A DNA stretch of 35,093 nt from an uncultured Bacillota bacterium (GTDB lineage: Bacteria > Bacillota > Clostridia > Peptostreptococcales > Anaerovoracaceae): NCBI GenBank assembly GCA_946631075.1, contig CAMOZS010000001.1, positions 1 to 35,093 of the forward strand, in the 5' to 3' direction. The position numbers and the translations under genes were made by a program. Every line of letters begins with the position of its first letter. Within the stretch, counting starts at the first letter, position 1. Below the pieces are notes generated by a model. It was not told the DNA's origin and searched no databases. It worked only from the letters and a program-made list of their open reading frames with translations. Below, in pieces: positions 17,907 to 26,975 of the stretch.

Positions 17907-19098
17907 GTTCCTTCTCCTCTCGTTCAGGATCTCTTTTATCTTTCAGATACGCAAGGGCATCTGTCGTATCGGTATCGATGAAGGCTCCCTTCTTTTTCAG
18001 GTAGCCCACGGTCCTCTCCAGCATGCAAAGGCAGGCTTTGTCCAGGTCGGTCCTGGCCAGGTCCCGGATGACATCTACTGACGGATAGATTCGCCCCGGT
18101 TCGATGCCGTCGGCCAGGAAGACCACCTTCTCCAGAAGGCTCATCCCCGCCCGGCCGGTGGTATGGTAGGAAACGGCGTTCAGGATATCCTGATCCCCGA
18201 TCCCGAAATCCCGCTCCATCAGGCAGCGGGCGATCTTGCTGTGAGCAAGATTGGGGTTGTCTATGTATTTGGGATCCAGCCCGAAGGTCCGGACCTGCCG
18301 GTTCATTTCCTCCCTGGTCAGGTTCTTGGCCATGTCGTGGAAGATGGAGGCCGTCACAGCCTTTGCGGGATCTGCCCCGAACCGTCTGGCCAGCGCCGCG
18401 GCCTCGTCCGCCACCCTGCAGGTGTGGACCAGGCGGGACTCCTTGAGATGTTCCTTGATATAGGCGAATCCCCGGTCGTTGATGGTCCTGCCGCTGTATA
18501 GGCCCCGGCTGCGGATGTAGTCCTCGACCGCCTGGGGGATCAGGTCCCCGGCCGGCGCTCCCGAGGCCAGCCTCTCTCTGATCTCGGTGGCGGAGATGTC
18601 GAACTGTTCGTTGCGGATCACCAGGATCTCGGTGCCGTAGGTCTCCTTGAGACGGCGGACGCATCTGTCCAGTTCCTCATCTTCGTATCCGGGCCGGCTG
18701 CCGACGATGAAGCTGTATGTGGTCAGCAGCTCCTCGGCGTGCATCCAGGTGTCCAGCTTCAGTATGGAATCGGTCCCGGTGATGAAGCATATCCTGGAAT
18801 CGGGTCCGAAACGCTCCTGCATGGCCCGAAGGGTCAGGTAAGTATAGGAGACCCCTTCCTGGTCAAGTTCGTAGCTGCAGGGCTCGATCCGTTCTTCCCC
18901 GGCAAGGGCCAGACGGAGCATCTCCATCCTGTCCTCCCCCGAGGCCGGCATCCGGTCCTGCTTAAAGGGCTGCAGCCTGGCCGGGATCAGAAGGACCCGG
19001 TCAAGACCGGCCTGGGCCAGAGCGTCCCGGGCAAGGCCTACGTGGCCTGAATGGACCGGATCGAAGCTTCCTCCCAGTATGCCGATCTTTTTCATCAC
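17899..19098 (-). CDS. nadD: Fused nicotinate-nucleotide adenylyltransferase (NadD) + YqeK-type HD-domain Ap4A hydrolase
   Basis: N-half: GGSFDPVHSGH, SYTY.TL, FITGTD, ISATEIRER, YI...GLY. C-half: RLVH...V, HDMAK, LAHS, YHTTGR, LADGIEPGR. One uninterrupted 399-aa frame. Confidence 0.95.
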   Translation of the reverse strand: MMKKIGILGGSFDPVHSGHVGLARDALAQAGLDRVLLIPARLQPFKQDRMPASGEDRMEMLRLALAGEERIEPCSYELDQEGVSYTYLTLRAMQERFGPDSRICFITGTDSILKLDTWMHAEELLTTYSFIVGSRPGYEDEELDRCVRRLKETYGTEILVIRNEQFDISATEIRERLASGAPAGDLIPQAVEDYIRSRGLYSGRTINDRGFAYIKEHLKESRLVHTCRVADEAAALARRFGADPAKAVTASIFHDMAKNLTREEMNRQVRTFGLDPKYIDNPNLAHSKIARCLMERDFGIGDQDILNAVSYHTTGRAGMSLLEKVVFLADGIEPGRIYPSVDVIRDLARTDLDKACLCMLERTVGYLKKKGAFIDTDTTDALAYLKDKRDPEREEKEHA

Positions 19099-20861
19099 TC
19101 TTCTCTCAGCCGGATGCCAAGCTCCTCCAGCTGGGTCTCATCGACCAGTCCCGGAGCCTCGCTGACCATGCACTGGGCAGCCTGGTTCTTGGGGAAGGCG
19201 ATGACTTCACGGATGGATTTCTCCCCGGTCAGGAGCATGACCAGACGGTCAAGTCCGTAGGCAAGTCCGCCGTGAGGCGGCGTGCCGTAGCGGAAGGCTT
19301 CCACCAGGAACCCGAACTTCTCGTTGATCTCCTCTTCTCCCATGTTCAGGGCCTTGAACATATCCTCCTGCATATCCTTGTCGTGGATACGGATGCTGCC
19401 TCCGCCAAGCTCTACGCCGTTGAGGACGATGTCGTAGGCGTTGGCCTTGCAGGAATGAGGATCGGTCTTGAGAAGGTCCGCGTCCTCTGCCTTGGGGGAA
19501 GTAAACGGATGATGCATAGCCGACCACCGGTCCTCCTTCTCGTCGTACTCGAAGAGGGGGAAATCGACCACCCACAGGAAGTTGAACTGCTGGTCATCCA
19601 GAAGTCCCAGTTCTCCCGCCATATGTCTTCTCAGGAAGCCCAGGGCATCCCAGACGACTTTATTAGTATCGCTGACGATCAGGATCAGGTCGCCGTCCTT
19701 GGCTCCCATCCGGTCCGCGATCTCCTTCAGCTGCTCGGGGGTAAAGAACTTGTTGACGGAGGAGGATACGCCGTCGGCGGTCACCTTCATCCATACCATG
19801 CCTTTGGCCCCGTAGCTCTTGATGGCTTCGGTCAGCTTATCGATCTTCTTTCTTGTGTAGGTCTGAGCCGCCCCGTCCACACAGATGCCCCGGACGCTGC
19901 CGCCCTTTTCGATGGCGTCGGTGAAGACCTTGAATTCGCAGTCTCTGACCATGTCGGTGATATCCTGGAGCTCAAAACCGAATCTGGTGTCCGGCTTGTC
20001 GCTGCCGTAGCGGTCCATGGCTTCCTGCCAGGTCATCCGCGGGAAAGGAGTCTCCAGGTCGATCCCCTTCAGCTCTTTGAAGACACGCTTCATGAAGCCT
20101 TCCTGGATCTCGATGACATCGTCCACTTCCACGAAGGACATCTCCAGGTCGATCTGGGTGAATTCCGGCTGCCGGTCCGCCCGCAGGTCTTCGTCACGGA
20201 AGCACTTGACCACCTGGAAATACCGGTCGGTCCCGCCTACCATCAGCAGCTGCTTGAAGGTCTGGGGAGACTGGGGCAGCGCGTAGAAGCGGCCCGGGTT
20301 GACCCGGCTGGGGACCAGATAGTCCCTGGCTCCTTCCGGAGTGGACTTGATCAGCATGGGAGTCTCCACCTCGGTGAAGCCGTTCTCCGCGAAATAGTTT
20401 CTGGCGATGTTGGTCAGTTTGGCCCGGAAGGTCAGGTTGTCCTGCATCTTCTTCTTTCTCAGGTCCAGATATCTGTACTTCAGACGAAGGTTATCGTCTA
20501 CGTTGTCGTCATCCTTGATGTAGATCGGCGGAGTCTCCGCTTCGGAGTAGATCACCAGCTCCTCGGCCAGGATCTCGATGTCGCCTGTGGGCAGGTCCGG
20601 ATTCTTGGATTCTCTCTCCGCTACCTTGCCTCTGACGCCGACCACGTACTCGCTTCTCAGGCTGTCCGCCTTCTCGAACAGTTCCTGGGGGATCTGGTCG
20701 TTGAAGACCACCTGGCTGATGCCGGTCTTATCTCTCACATCGCAGAAGATCAGGCCGCCCAGATTTCTCCTCTTGGCCACCCAGCCGTTCAGTGAAACGG
20801 TCTGGCCGATGTGTTCGCTTCTCAGGTCGCCGCACATGTGTGTGCGCTTCATTATTGCCAT
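19095..20861 (-). CDS. aspS: Aspartate--tRNA ligase (probably discriminating type)
   Basis: RTHMCG, RRNLGGLIF (Leu rather than the His typical of non-discriminating enzymes), STPEGARDY, FRDEDLRADRQPEFTQ, HHPFT, PPHGGLAYGLDR. Confidence 0.98.
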   Translation of the reverse strand: MAIMKRTHMCGDLRSEHIGQTVSLNGWVAKRRNLGGLIFCDVRDKTGISQVVFNDQIPQELFEKADSLRSEYVVGVRGKVAERESKNPDLPTGDIEILAEELVIYSEAETPPIYIKDDDNVDDNLRLKYRYLDLRKKKMQDNLTFRAKLTNIARNYFAENGFTEVETPMLIKSTPEGARDYLVPSRVNPGRFYALPQSPQTFKQLLMVGGTDRYFQVVKCFRDEDLRADRQPEFTQIDLEMSFVEVDDVIEIQEGFMKRVFKELKGIDLETPFPRMTWQEAMDRYGSDKPDTRFGFELQDITDMVRDCEFKVFTDAIEKGGSVRGICVDGAAQTYTRKKIDKLTEAIKSYGAKGMVWMKVTADGVSSSVNKFFTPEQLKEIADRMGAKDGDLILIVSDTNKVVWDALGFLRRHMAGELGLLDDQQFNFLWVVDFPLFEYDEKEDRWSAMHHPFTSPKAEDADLLKTDPHSCKANAYDIVLNGVELGGGSIRIHDKDMQEDMFKALNMGEEEINEKFGFLVEAFRYGTPPHGGLAYGLDRLVMLLTGEKSIREVIAFPKNQAAQCMVSEAPGLVDETQLEELGIRLREE

Positions 20862-20877
20862 TTATATTCGTCCTTTC

Positions 20878-22128
20878 TTATTTCAGTGCTTCCACGATCC
20901 CGTCGATCGCGACTTCCGTCTGCTCTCCGCTCTCCATGTCCTTGATGGTCAGCTTGCCGCTCTCCAGCTCGCTGTCGCCGATGACGATGGTCTTGGCGGC
21001 CCCGATCCTGTTGGCGTGCTTGAACTGGTTCTTCAGGTTCCTGCCCATCACGTCCATCTGGACCGTGATATCGGCGTCACGCAGCTCTTTCATCAGCTTG
21101 AGAGCAGCCATCTTGCCGGCGTCTCCCATGTAGGCGATGAAGACTTCCGTGCCCGGTTCCTTGGGGATCTCGAAGCCGCAGGCTTCCATGGTCATGAGCA
21201 TACGCTCCTTGCCCATGCCCCAGCCGACTCCCGGGGTGGACGGTCCGCCGATCTCCTCGACCAGGCCGTCATATCTTCCGCCGCCGCAGACCGTACCCTG
21301 AGCACCAATCTTGGTGGTGACGAACTCAAAAGCTGTCTTGGTATAGTAATCCAGACCGCGGACGATCTTGGGATTGACTTCGTATTCGATGCCGAAGGCG
21401 TCCAGATTGGCCTTGAGCTCTTCAAATGCCGTCCGGCACTCATCGCAGAGATAGTCCAGCATCATGGGAGCATCCTTGACCAGCTCCTGGTCGATGGGAG
21501 ACTTGCAGTCCAGGATACGCATGGGGTTGGTGTGATAGCGCTCCTGACAGGTCGGACAGAGCTGATCGTACTTGGGCTTCAGGAAATCCTTGAGGGCAGT
21601 CCTGTGCTCCCCTCTGCACTTGGGACATCCTACGCTGTTGATTTCCAGCTTCACATCGGTGATCCCCATGGACTTGATGAACTCGTATCCGATGGCGATG
21701 ATCTCCGCATCCGCCATCATATCGGTGGTCCCGAAGGTCTCCACGCCGAACTGGTGGAACTCTCTCAGACGGCCCGACTGGGGCTTCTCATAGCGGAAGC
21801 AGGGAATGTTATAGTAATACTTGTTGGGCTGGATGCCGGCGTATTCCTTATGCTCCACATAGGCCCGGACTACCGGGGAAGTCCCTTCCGGACGCAGGGT
21901 GATGCTCCGGCCGGCGAAATCCTTGAAGGTGTACATTTCCTTCTGAACGATATCGGTCGTATCGCCTACACCGCGGTGGAAGAGCTCGGTATGCTCGAAT
22001 ACCGGTGTGCGGATCTCCTGAAAACCGTACTTACGGCAGGTCTCAGCGAATTTCTCCTCCAGATAGTGCCACTTGTATGCCTCCTGAGGCATGACATCCT
22101 TGGTTCCTTTCGGTGCGTTTGTTAACAT
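20878..22128 (-). CDS. hisS: Histidine--tRNA ligase
   Basis: PKGTKD, LRPEGT, FRYEKPQSGRLREFHQFG, VRGLDYY, GGGRYDGL. Confidence 0.99.
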   Translation of the reverse strand: MLTNAPKGTKDVMPQEAYKWHYLEEKFAETCRKYGFQEIRTPVFEHTELFHRGVGDTTDIVQKEMYTFKDFAGRSITLRPEGTSPVVRAYVEHKEYAGIQPNKYYYNIPCFRYEKPQSGRLREFHQFGVETFGTTDMMADAEIIAIGYEFIKSMGITDVKLEINSVGCPKCRGEHRTALKDFLKPKYDQLCPTCQERYHTNPMRILDCKSPIDQELVKDAPMMLDYLCDECRTAFEELKANLDAFGIEYEVNPKIVRGLDYYTKTAFEFVTTKIGAQGTVCGGGRYDGLVEEIGGPSTPGVGWGMGKERMLMTMEACGFEIPKEPGTEVFIAYMGDAGKMAALKLMKELRDADITVQMDVMGRNLKNQFKHANRIGAAKTIVIGDSELESGKLTIKDMESGEQTEVAIDGIVEALK

Positions 22129-22143
22129 TGTTCATTCCTCCAC

Positions 22144-23580
22144 TTATTCTGTCGTCTGGCCAAAAAACTTATTCCGCTTCCTGGCGATCATTTCATCGAT
22201 TCGCTCGATGTAGATTTCATAATTGGATACATTGGCGACCCGTTCCAGCCGGTTCTCCGCCGGGAAAAAGATCTTGCTGATCCCTCCTGCTCCCAGGGCC
22301 AGGATCGACTGCCGTTCCTCCATGATCCTGATATTATAAACAGAGATCTTATCCTCTCTGCAATATCCGATGTTCTCCGTGCTCCCGGAGGTGTGCTTCT
22401 GCCGGTAGAGGTAATAGGGCCGGAAGCCCTCTCTGCGCAGCCTCTCCGACGCGTGGGCCAGCATCTCCTCCCTCAGCAGCTCTTCTTTGTAATTGAAGTT
22501 CTCGTCCATCTCCTTGAGCCGGGATGCCCTTTTCACCGCCAGGGTGTGCAGGGTGATGTTGTCCGCCCCAAGGCCGATCACCCGGTCCAGGCTCTCTGCA
22601 AAGTCTGGGAAGTCCTCTCCGGGAAGGCCGGCGATCAGATCCGTGTTGATGCACTGGAATCCGGCGGCCTTGGCTATCCTGAAGGCCTCTTCCGTTTCTT
22701 CGACCGTATGCCTGCGGCCGATCAGGTCCAGGGTCTCCTGCTTCATGGACTGGGGATTGATGCTGATCCGGTCAACTCCCCTCTTCCGCAGGACCGAGAG
22801 CTTATCTTCGGTGATGGTGTCCGGCCGGCCCGCTTCCACGGTGAATTCCCGGCAGGAGCTCAGGTCGAAATGACCTTCCACCAGGCCCAGGAGCCAGTCC
22901 AGCTGGCCAGCGTCCAGGGTGGTCGGTGTCCCTCCCCCGAAATAGACCGATTCGATCCGGAAGCCGTCTTCTGCTGCCGCAGCCCCGGCATACTCGATCT
23001 CCTTGCCCAGGGCCTGCAGATAGCGGGCGATCTCCTCTTTTCCCACCTGGTTTGAGGTGAAAGAACAGTAGAGACATCTGGTGGGACAGAAGGGTATGCC
23101 CAGATAGACCGACAGGCTTTTCCTGCCCGGATCTCCTGCCGTCTGCCTCTGGTAGTCCATGATCTCCGTGGCCAGCTGCCTTTTGGCCGGATGGACCAGG
23201 TAGCGGTCCCTGAGGACGGCCTCCGTTCCTTGCTCCCGGCTTTCGGCCTTCCTCTGTCCGAAGGTCAGCTCCCAGGTAAGCTTGACCGGGCGGATCCCGG
23301 TCAGGATCCCCCACTTGGGCGACTTGCCCGTATGCTTCTCAAGGTCCCGGTAGATCTGCCTCTTGACCGCGTCGGCGTCTCCGTCGTAGCAGTATTCCAG
23401 GAGGACGGCCGGCTCTTCGGCCGGGTCCTGGCTCTCCTGCGGCCCACCAGCCTTTGGATCAGCCTCCGGACCAGCCTTTGCATCAGCGTTCAGCCGGTAT
23501 TCCGACGGCTGCAGGAAGACCTTGATCAGCTCTTCGTATGGATTCAGTTTGTCTGTTCCTGTTATGCGGATATCAAACAA
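22144..23580 (-). CDS. hemZ: HemZ-type HemN-like radical SAM protein
   Basis: WGILTGIRP.K, GIPFCPTRCLYCSF (CxxxCxxC), YFGGGTPT, EAGRPD, SINPQS, PYYLYRQK. Probable TTG start at 23580 with AAGGAG upstream, overlapping the MBL stop. Confidence 0.92.
   Translation of the reverse strand: MFDIRITGTDKLNPYEELIKVFLQPSEYRLNADAKAGPEADPKAGGPQESQDPAEEPAVLLEYCYDGDADAVKRQIYRDLEKHTGKSPKWGILTGIRPVKLTWELTFGQRKAESREQGTEAVLRDRYLVHPAKRQLATEIMDYQRQTAGDPGRKSLSVYLGIPFCPTRCLYCSFTSNQVGKEEIARYLQALGKEIEYAGAAAAEDGFRIESVYFGGGTPTTLDAGQLDWLLGLVEGHFDLSSCREFTVEAGRPDTITEDKLSVLRKRGVDRISINPQSMKQETLDLIGRRHTVEETEEAFRIAKAAGFQCINTDLIAGLPGEDFPDFAESLDRVIGLGADNITLHTLAVKRASRLKEMDENFNYKEELLREEMLAHASERLRREGFRPYYLYRQKHTSGSTENIGYCREDKISVYNIRIMEERQSILALGAGGISKIFFPAENRLERVANVSNYEIYIERIDEMIARKRNKFFGQTTE
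23446..23487. repeat. Short imperfect direct repeat (18-nt unit, 24-nt period) inside hemZ
   Basis: accagcctttggatcagc (23446-23463) and accagcctttgcatcagc (23470-23487), 17/18 identical; encode ADPKAG and ADAKAG. Confidence 0.85.
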
Positions 23581-24196
23581 AGGGATTGTGCTCCTTTTCC
23601 CATCCGATGTTGGTCGGCCCCATATGGCCGGGATAGACGTCCGTCTCATTGGGCAGGGCCCAGAGCTTCTCCCGGATGGAATCCCTCAGCTTCTTGGTGG
23701 AAGATCCGGGGAAATCGGTCCGGCCCACGGAAGCCTGGAAGAGAGTATCTCCGCTGAAAAGGACGTTCCATGCCGGTACGTAGACGCACATGCCCCCGGG
23801 AGAATGGCCCGGTGTGGACAGGAACTGCATCTCGATGGACCCGCAGGTCAGCCTGTCTCCGTCATTGACGAACATATCCGGATGGATCCTGGTCAGCTGT
23901 CCCCACTGCCGGCTCATGTTGAAATCAGGGTCGCCCAGCATCTGCTCCTCGGCAGCGTCGGCGACGATCTTCGCGCCCGGGAAATCCTGCTGAAGAGCCG
24001 GGATCCCCATGATATGGTCGGCGTGGCCGTGGGTCAGGATGATGTATTCCAGGTCGATGCCGGTTGACATAACATGGTCTTTCATCTTCTCGTTCCAGCC
24101 GCCCGGATCGACGATGAATCCCTTCTTGGTCGTCTCGTCAACGACCAGATATGTATTGACGCCCAGCGGTCCGCTCGGCATATTGGTGATCTGCAT
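23573..24196 (-). CDS. MBL-fold metallo-hydrolase (glyoxalase II-like)
   Basis: IVDPG, LTHGHADH, TPGHSPG, FSGDTLF..SVGRTD, VYPGH, EK.HNPF; usual dtd-MBL-hemZ position. Confidence 0.94.
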   Translation of the reverse strand: MQITNMPSGPLGVNTYLVVDETTKKGFIVDPGGWNEKMKDHVMSTGIDLEYIILTHGHADHIMGIPALQQDFPGAKIVADAAEEQMLGDPDFNMSRQWGQLTRIHPDMFVNDGDRLTCGSIEMQFLSTPGHSPGGMCVYVPAWNVLFSGDTLFQASVGRTDFPGSSTKKLRDSIREKLWALPNETDVYPGHMGPTNIGWEKEHNPFV

Positions 24197-24208
24197 ATGT
24201 TACCTCCG

Positions 24209-24658
24209 TTAAAACAGCTTGTGGCTGTCCAGCAAAATGGTCACCGGCCCGTCGTTTTCGATGCTGACGACCATGTGGGTCTGAAAGACCCCTTCCTCCA
24301 CGTGGATCCCCTTTTCCCGGATCCGGCTGATGACGCTCTGGTAGAGCTCGTTTGCCTCTTCCGGCCGGGCTGCCCTGGTGAATCCGGGCCTTCTCCCCTT
24401 GCGGGCGTCGGCCAGGAGGGTGAACTGGGAAACGGCCAGGATCTGGCCGCCCACATCCTCGATGGACAGGTTCAGTTTATCGTCTTCATCCTCAAAGACC
24501 CGAAGGCCTGTGATCTTATCCGCTATATACTGGGCATCTTTCTCGGTGTCCCCGGTCTCCACTCCGATCAGGACCATGAATCCGGCGCCGATCTGCCCCT
24601 TCAGCTCACCTTCCACGGTGACGCTGCTTCTGTTTACCTTCTGTATGACTGCTCTCAT
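24209..24658 (-). CDS. dtd: D-aminoacyl-tRNA deacylase
   Basis: MRAVIQ, VSQFTL, KGRRP, NDGPVT (Gly-cisPro); ATGA overlap with rel. Confidence 0.98.
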   Translation of the reverse strand: MRAVIQKVNRSSVTVEGELKGQIGAGFMVLIGVETGDTEKDAQYIADKITGLRVFEDEDDKLNLSIEDVGGQILAVSQFTLLADARKGRRPGFTRAARPEEANELYQSVISRIREKGIHVEEGVFQTHMVVSIENDGPVTILLDSHKLF

Positions 24659-26871
24659 GCTCTGCTCCTGTAGGCGTCCATGATCCCCGGCACGTTCCTC
24701 AGTGACCGGCAGATCTTCTCCACCTGCTCTCTGTCGTGGATGGACAGGGTCAGGTCCATGCGGATGGTCTCGTCCTTGCCCGCTTTGGCGTTGAGGCCGG
24801 CGATGTGGACGTCCATGTCCTCGCAGATCTTGGAGATGCCGGAGAATATTCCCTTCTGGTCCTTGGCCGTCACGGCGATGGTGCTGTTATAGGAACTCTC
24901 CAGCATGGTCGGATCCCAGCTGACCTCGATCATCCTCTGACGGTCTTCGTCTGTCATATTGCGCAGGTTGTCGCAGTCTCTGCGGTGGACGGTGATCCCC
25001 CGCCCCTTGGTGATGAATCCCACGATGTCATCCCCGGGGACCGGCCGGCAGCAGCGGCCCAGCTGGATCAGAAGGTTATCCACACCGTCCACGACCACTC
25101 CGGTCTTGTCGACGATCCGCCTTCTCTCCTGTTCCTGCCGCTCCGTTCTCTTCTGGACCTTCTCCCCGATCGTGTTCAGGTCGTCCATCAGAGACTTCTC
25201 TTTCTCGGAATCTTCCAGCCGCCCGGCTTCTTCTTCATAGCTGAGCAAAATCTGGAGGACCTTGCTCTGGAAGTTGCCGCCGTAGCTGAGCTGGGTGAAG
25301 AGCTCGTCCTGATCCTTGAATCCTACTTCCTTGACCGCCCGGTTCAGGTAGGCGTTCTTCAGCAGGACCTTGGGATCGTGGCCCTTCTTCCTCAGGTATT
25401 TATCGAAAAGGTCCTTGCCCTTGTCGACGGCGTCGTTCTTGTTCTCCCGCTTGAGCCACTGACGGATCTTATTGCGGGCCGAGCTGCTCTTGGCGATCTT
25501 GAGCCAGTCGATGCTGGGTCCGGCCGCGTTGGGAGAAGTGACGATCTCGATGATGTTGCCGTTCTCCAGCTGGTGGTCGATGGTGACCATCTTGCCGTTG
25601 ACCTTGGCTCCCACGCACTTGCAGCCGACGTCCGTATGGATCTTGAAGGCGAAGTCAAGCGGAGTTGATCCCGCGGGAAGCTCGATGACGTCCCCCTGGG
25701 GGGTGAATACGAATACCTGAGAGGAAAAGAGATCCATCTTCAGGGATTCCATGAACTCCCGGGGATCGCTTACGTCCTTCTGCCATTCCAAAGCCTGGCG
25801 CAGCCAGGAAAGCTTGACCTCTTCGGTGTCCGACTGGACCCCTTCTTTGTATTTCCAGTGGGCAGCGATACCGTATTCGGCGATACGGTGCATCTCGTAG
25901 GTCCGGATCTGGATCTCGAACGGTCTGCCCGCGTCGCCGATCACCGTCGTATGCAAAGACTGGTACATGTTGGGTTTGGGCATGGCGATGTAGTCCTTGA
26001 ACCTGCCCGGGATCGGCGTCCACATGGTATGCACAAGTCCAAGGACCGCGTAGCAGTCCCGGACGGTCTCGACGATGATCCTTACGGCCATCAGGTCGAA
26101 GATCTCGTCGATGTTCTTGTGCTGATATTTCATTTTTTTATAAATGCTGTAGAAGTGTTTGGACCGGCCGTAGATCTCATAACGGATGCCGATCTCATCG
26201 AGGCTGCCCTTCATCTTGTTGATGATGTTCTCGATGGCATCCTCTCTCTCTTCCTTCCGTTCACTCACCTGCTCGGCCAGATCATAGTAGGCTTCAGGCT
26301 CCAGGAACTTAAGAGCGATGTCCTCCAGCTCCATCTTCATGGAATAGATACCCAGACGGGCCGCCAGAGGCGCGTAGATGTCCAGGGTCTCCTGGCACTT
26401 CTCCACGATCTTCTCGTGGGACATGTAGTTGATGGTCCTCAGGTTGTGGAGCCGGTCGCTGAGCTTGATGATCAGGACCCGGATGTCCTTGGACATGGCA
26501 AGGAACATCTTGCGCAGGTTCTCTACCTGCCTGGCTTCCTTGCTCTCGAACTTAAGAGAACCCAGCTTGGTCACCCCGTCGACCAGAAGCTCGACCTCAT
26601 CGCCGAAGTCTCTGGCCAGTTCTTCCTTGGTATAGGGGGTGTCCTCGACCACGTCGTGAAGAAGGCCCGCGATGATGGTCTCCTCATCCATGCCAAGGTC
26701 CGCCAGGATCTCCGCCACCGCCATAGGATGGATCAGATAGGGCTCGCCGGACTTGCGCAGCTGGCCCCGGTGCATCTCTTCAGCCACATCATAAGCGTGG
26801 CTGATCATGTCGATGTCATAGTTCTCATTGAAGTTTTTGATGGTGTCGAGAAATTCGCTCTTTTTTTTCAT
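24655..26871 (-). CDS. relA: Bifunctional (p)ppGpp synthetase/hydrolase Rel (long RSH)
   Basis: RKSGEPY..HP, intact hydrolase [13 protein letters not shown], synthetase RFKDY...YQSLHT...EIQIRT, TGS (DFAFKIHT), CC.PVPGD zinc finger, C-terminal ACT. Confidence 0.98.
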   Translation of the reverse strand: MKKKSEFLDTIKNFNENYDIDMISHAYDVAEEMHRGQLRKSGEPYLIHPMAVAEILADLGMDEETIIAGLLHDVVEDTPYTKEELARDFGDEVELLVDGVTKLGSLKFESKEARQVENLRKMFLAMSKDIRVLIIKLSDRLHNLRTINYMSHEKIVEKCQETLDIYAPLAARLGIYSMKMELEDIALKFLEPEAYYDLAEQVSERKEEREDAIENIINKMKGSLDEIGIRYEIYGRSKHFYSIYKKMKYQHKNIDEIFDLMAVRIIVETVRDCYAVLGLVHTMWTPIPGRFKDYIAMPKPNMYQSLHTTVIGDAGRPFEIQIRTYEMHRIAEYGIAAHWKYKEGVQSDTEEVKLSWLRQALEWQKDVSDPREFMESLKMDLFSSQVFVFTPQGDVIELPAGSTPLDFAFKIHTDVGCKCVGAKVNGKMVTIDHQLENGNIIEIVTSPNAAGPSIDWLKIAKSSSARNKIRQWLKRENKNDAVDKGKDLFDKYLRKKGHDPKVLLKNAYLNRAVKEVGFKDQDELFTQLSYGGNFQSKVLQILLSYEEEAGRLEDSEKEKSLMDDLNTIGEKVQKRTERQEQERRRIVDKTGVVVDGVDNLLIQLGRCCRPVPGDDIVGFITKGRGITVHRRDCDNLRNMTDEDRQRMIEVSWDPTMLESSYNSTIAVTAKDQKGIFSGISKICEDMDVHIAGLNAKAGKDETIRMDLTLSIHDREQVEKICRSLRNVPGIMDAYRSRA

Positions 26872-26911
26872 TATGTCCTGATCTGTTCCTGTCTGGCAGT
26901 TTCTGAAGAAC

Positions 26912-26948
26912 GATTCTGACGGAAGCGCAGGCGCGCTTCCGTCAAATC
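26912..26948. other. Strong intergenic stem-loop between secDF and rel, without a clear U-tract
   Basis: TGACGGAAGCGC-aggc-GCGCTTCCGTCA (26917-26944), perfect 12 bp, extendable by GATT/AATC across one bulge. Confidence 0.75.
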
Positions 26949-26975
26949 AGCATTATCACGCAGGGGTCTCCCTGT

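Noticed and set aside
19095-19098. 6S RNA, which follows aspS in B. subtilis
   Set aside because: aspS overlaps nadD directly; there is no intergenic space.
23581-23649. Upstream extension of hemZ in the ORF track
   Set aside because: Overlaps the MBL gene; the TTG at 23580 has a suitable AAGGAG SD.
26861-26868. A8 tract right after the rel start codon (and A7 near the rnj start) as phase-variation sites
   Set aside because: Short Lys-codon runs at A-rich 5' ends are common, the frames are intact, and these are core genes.
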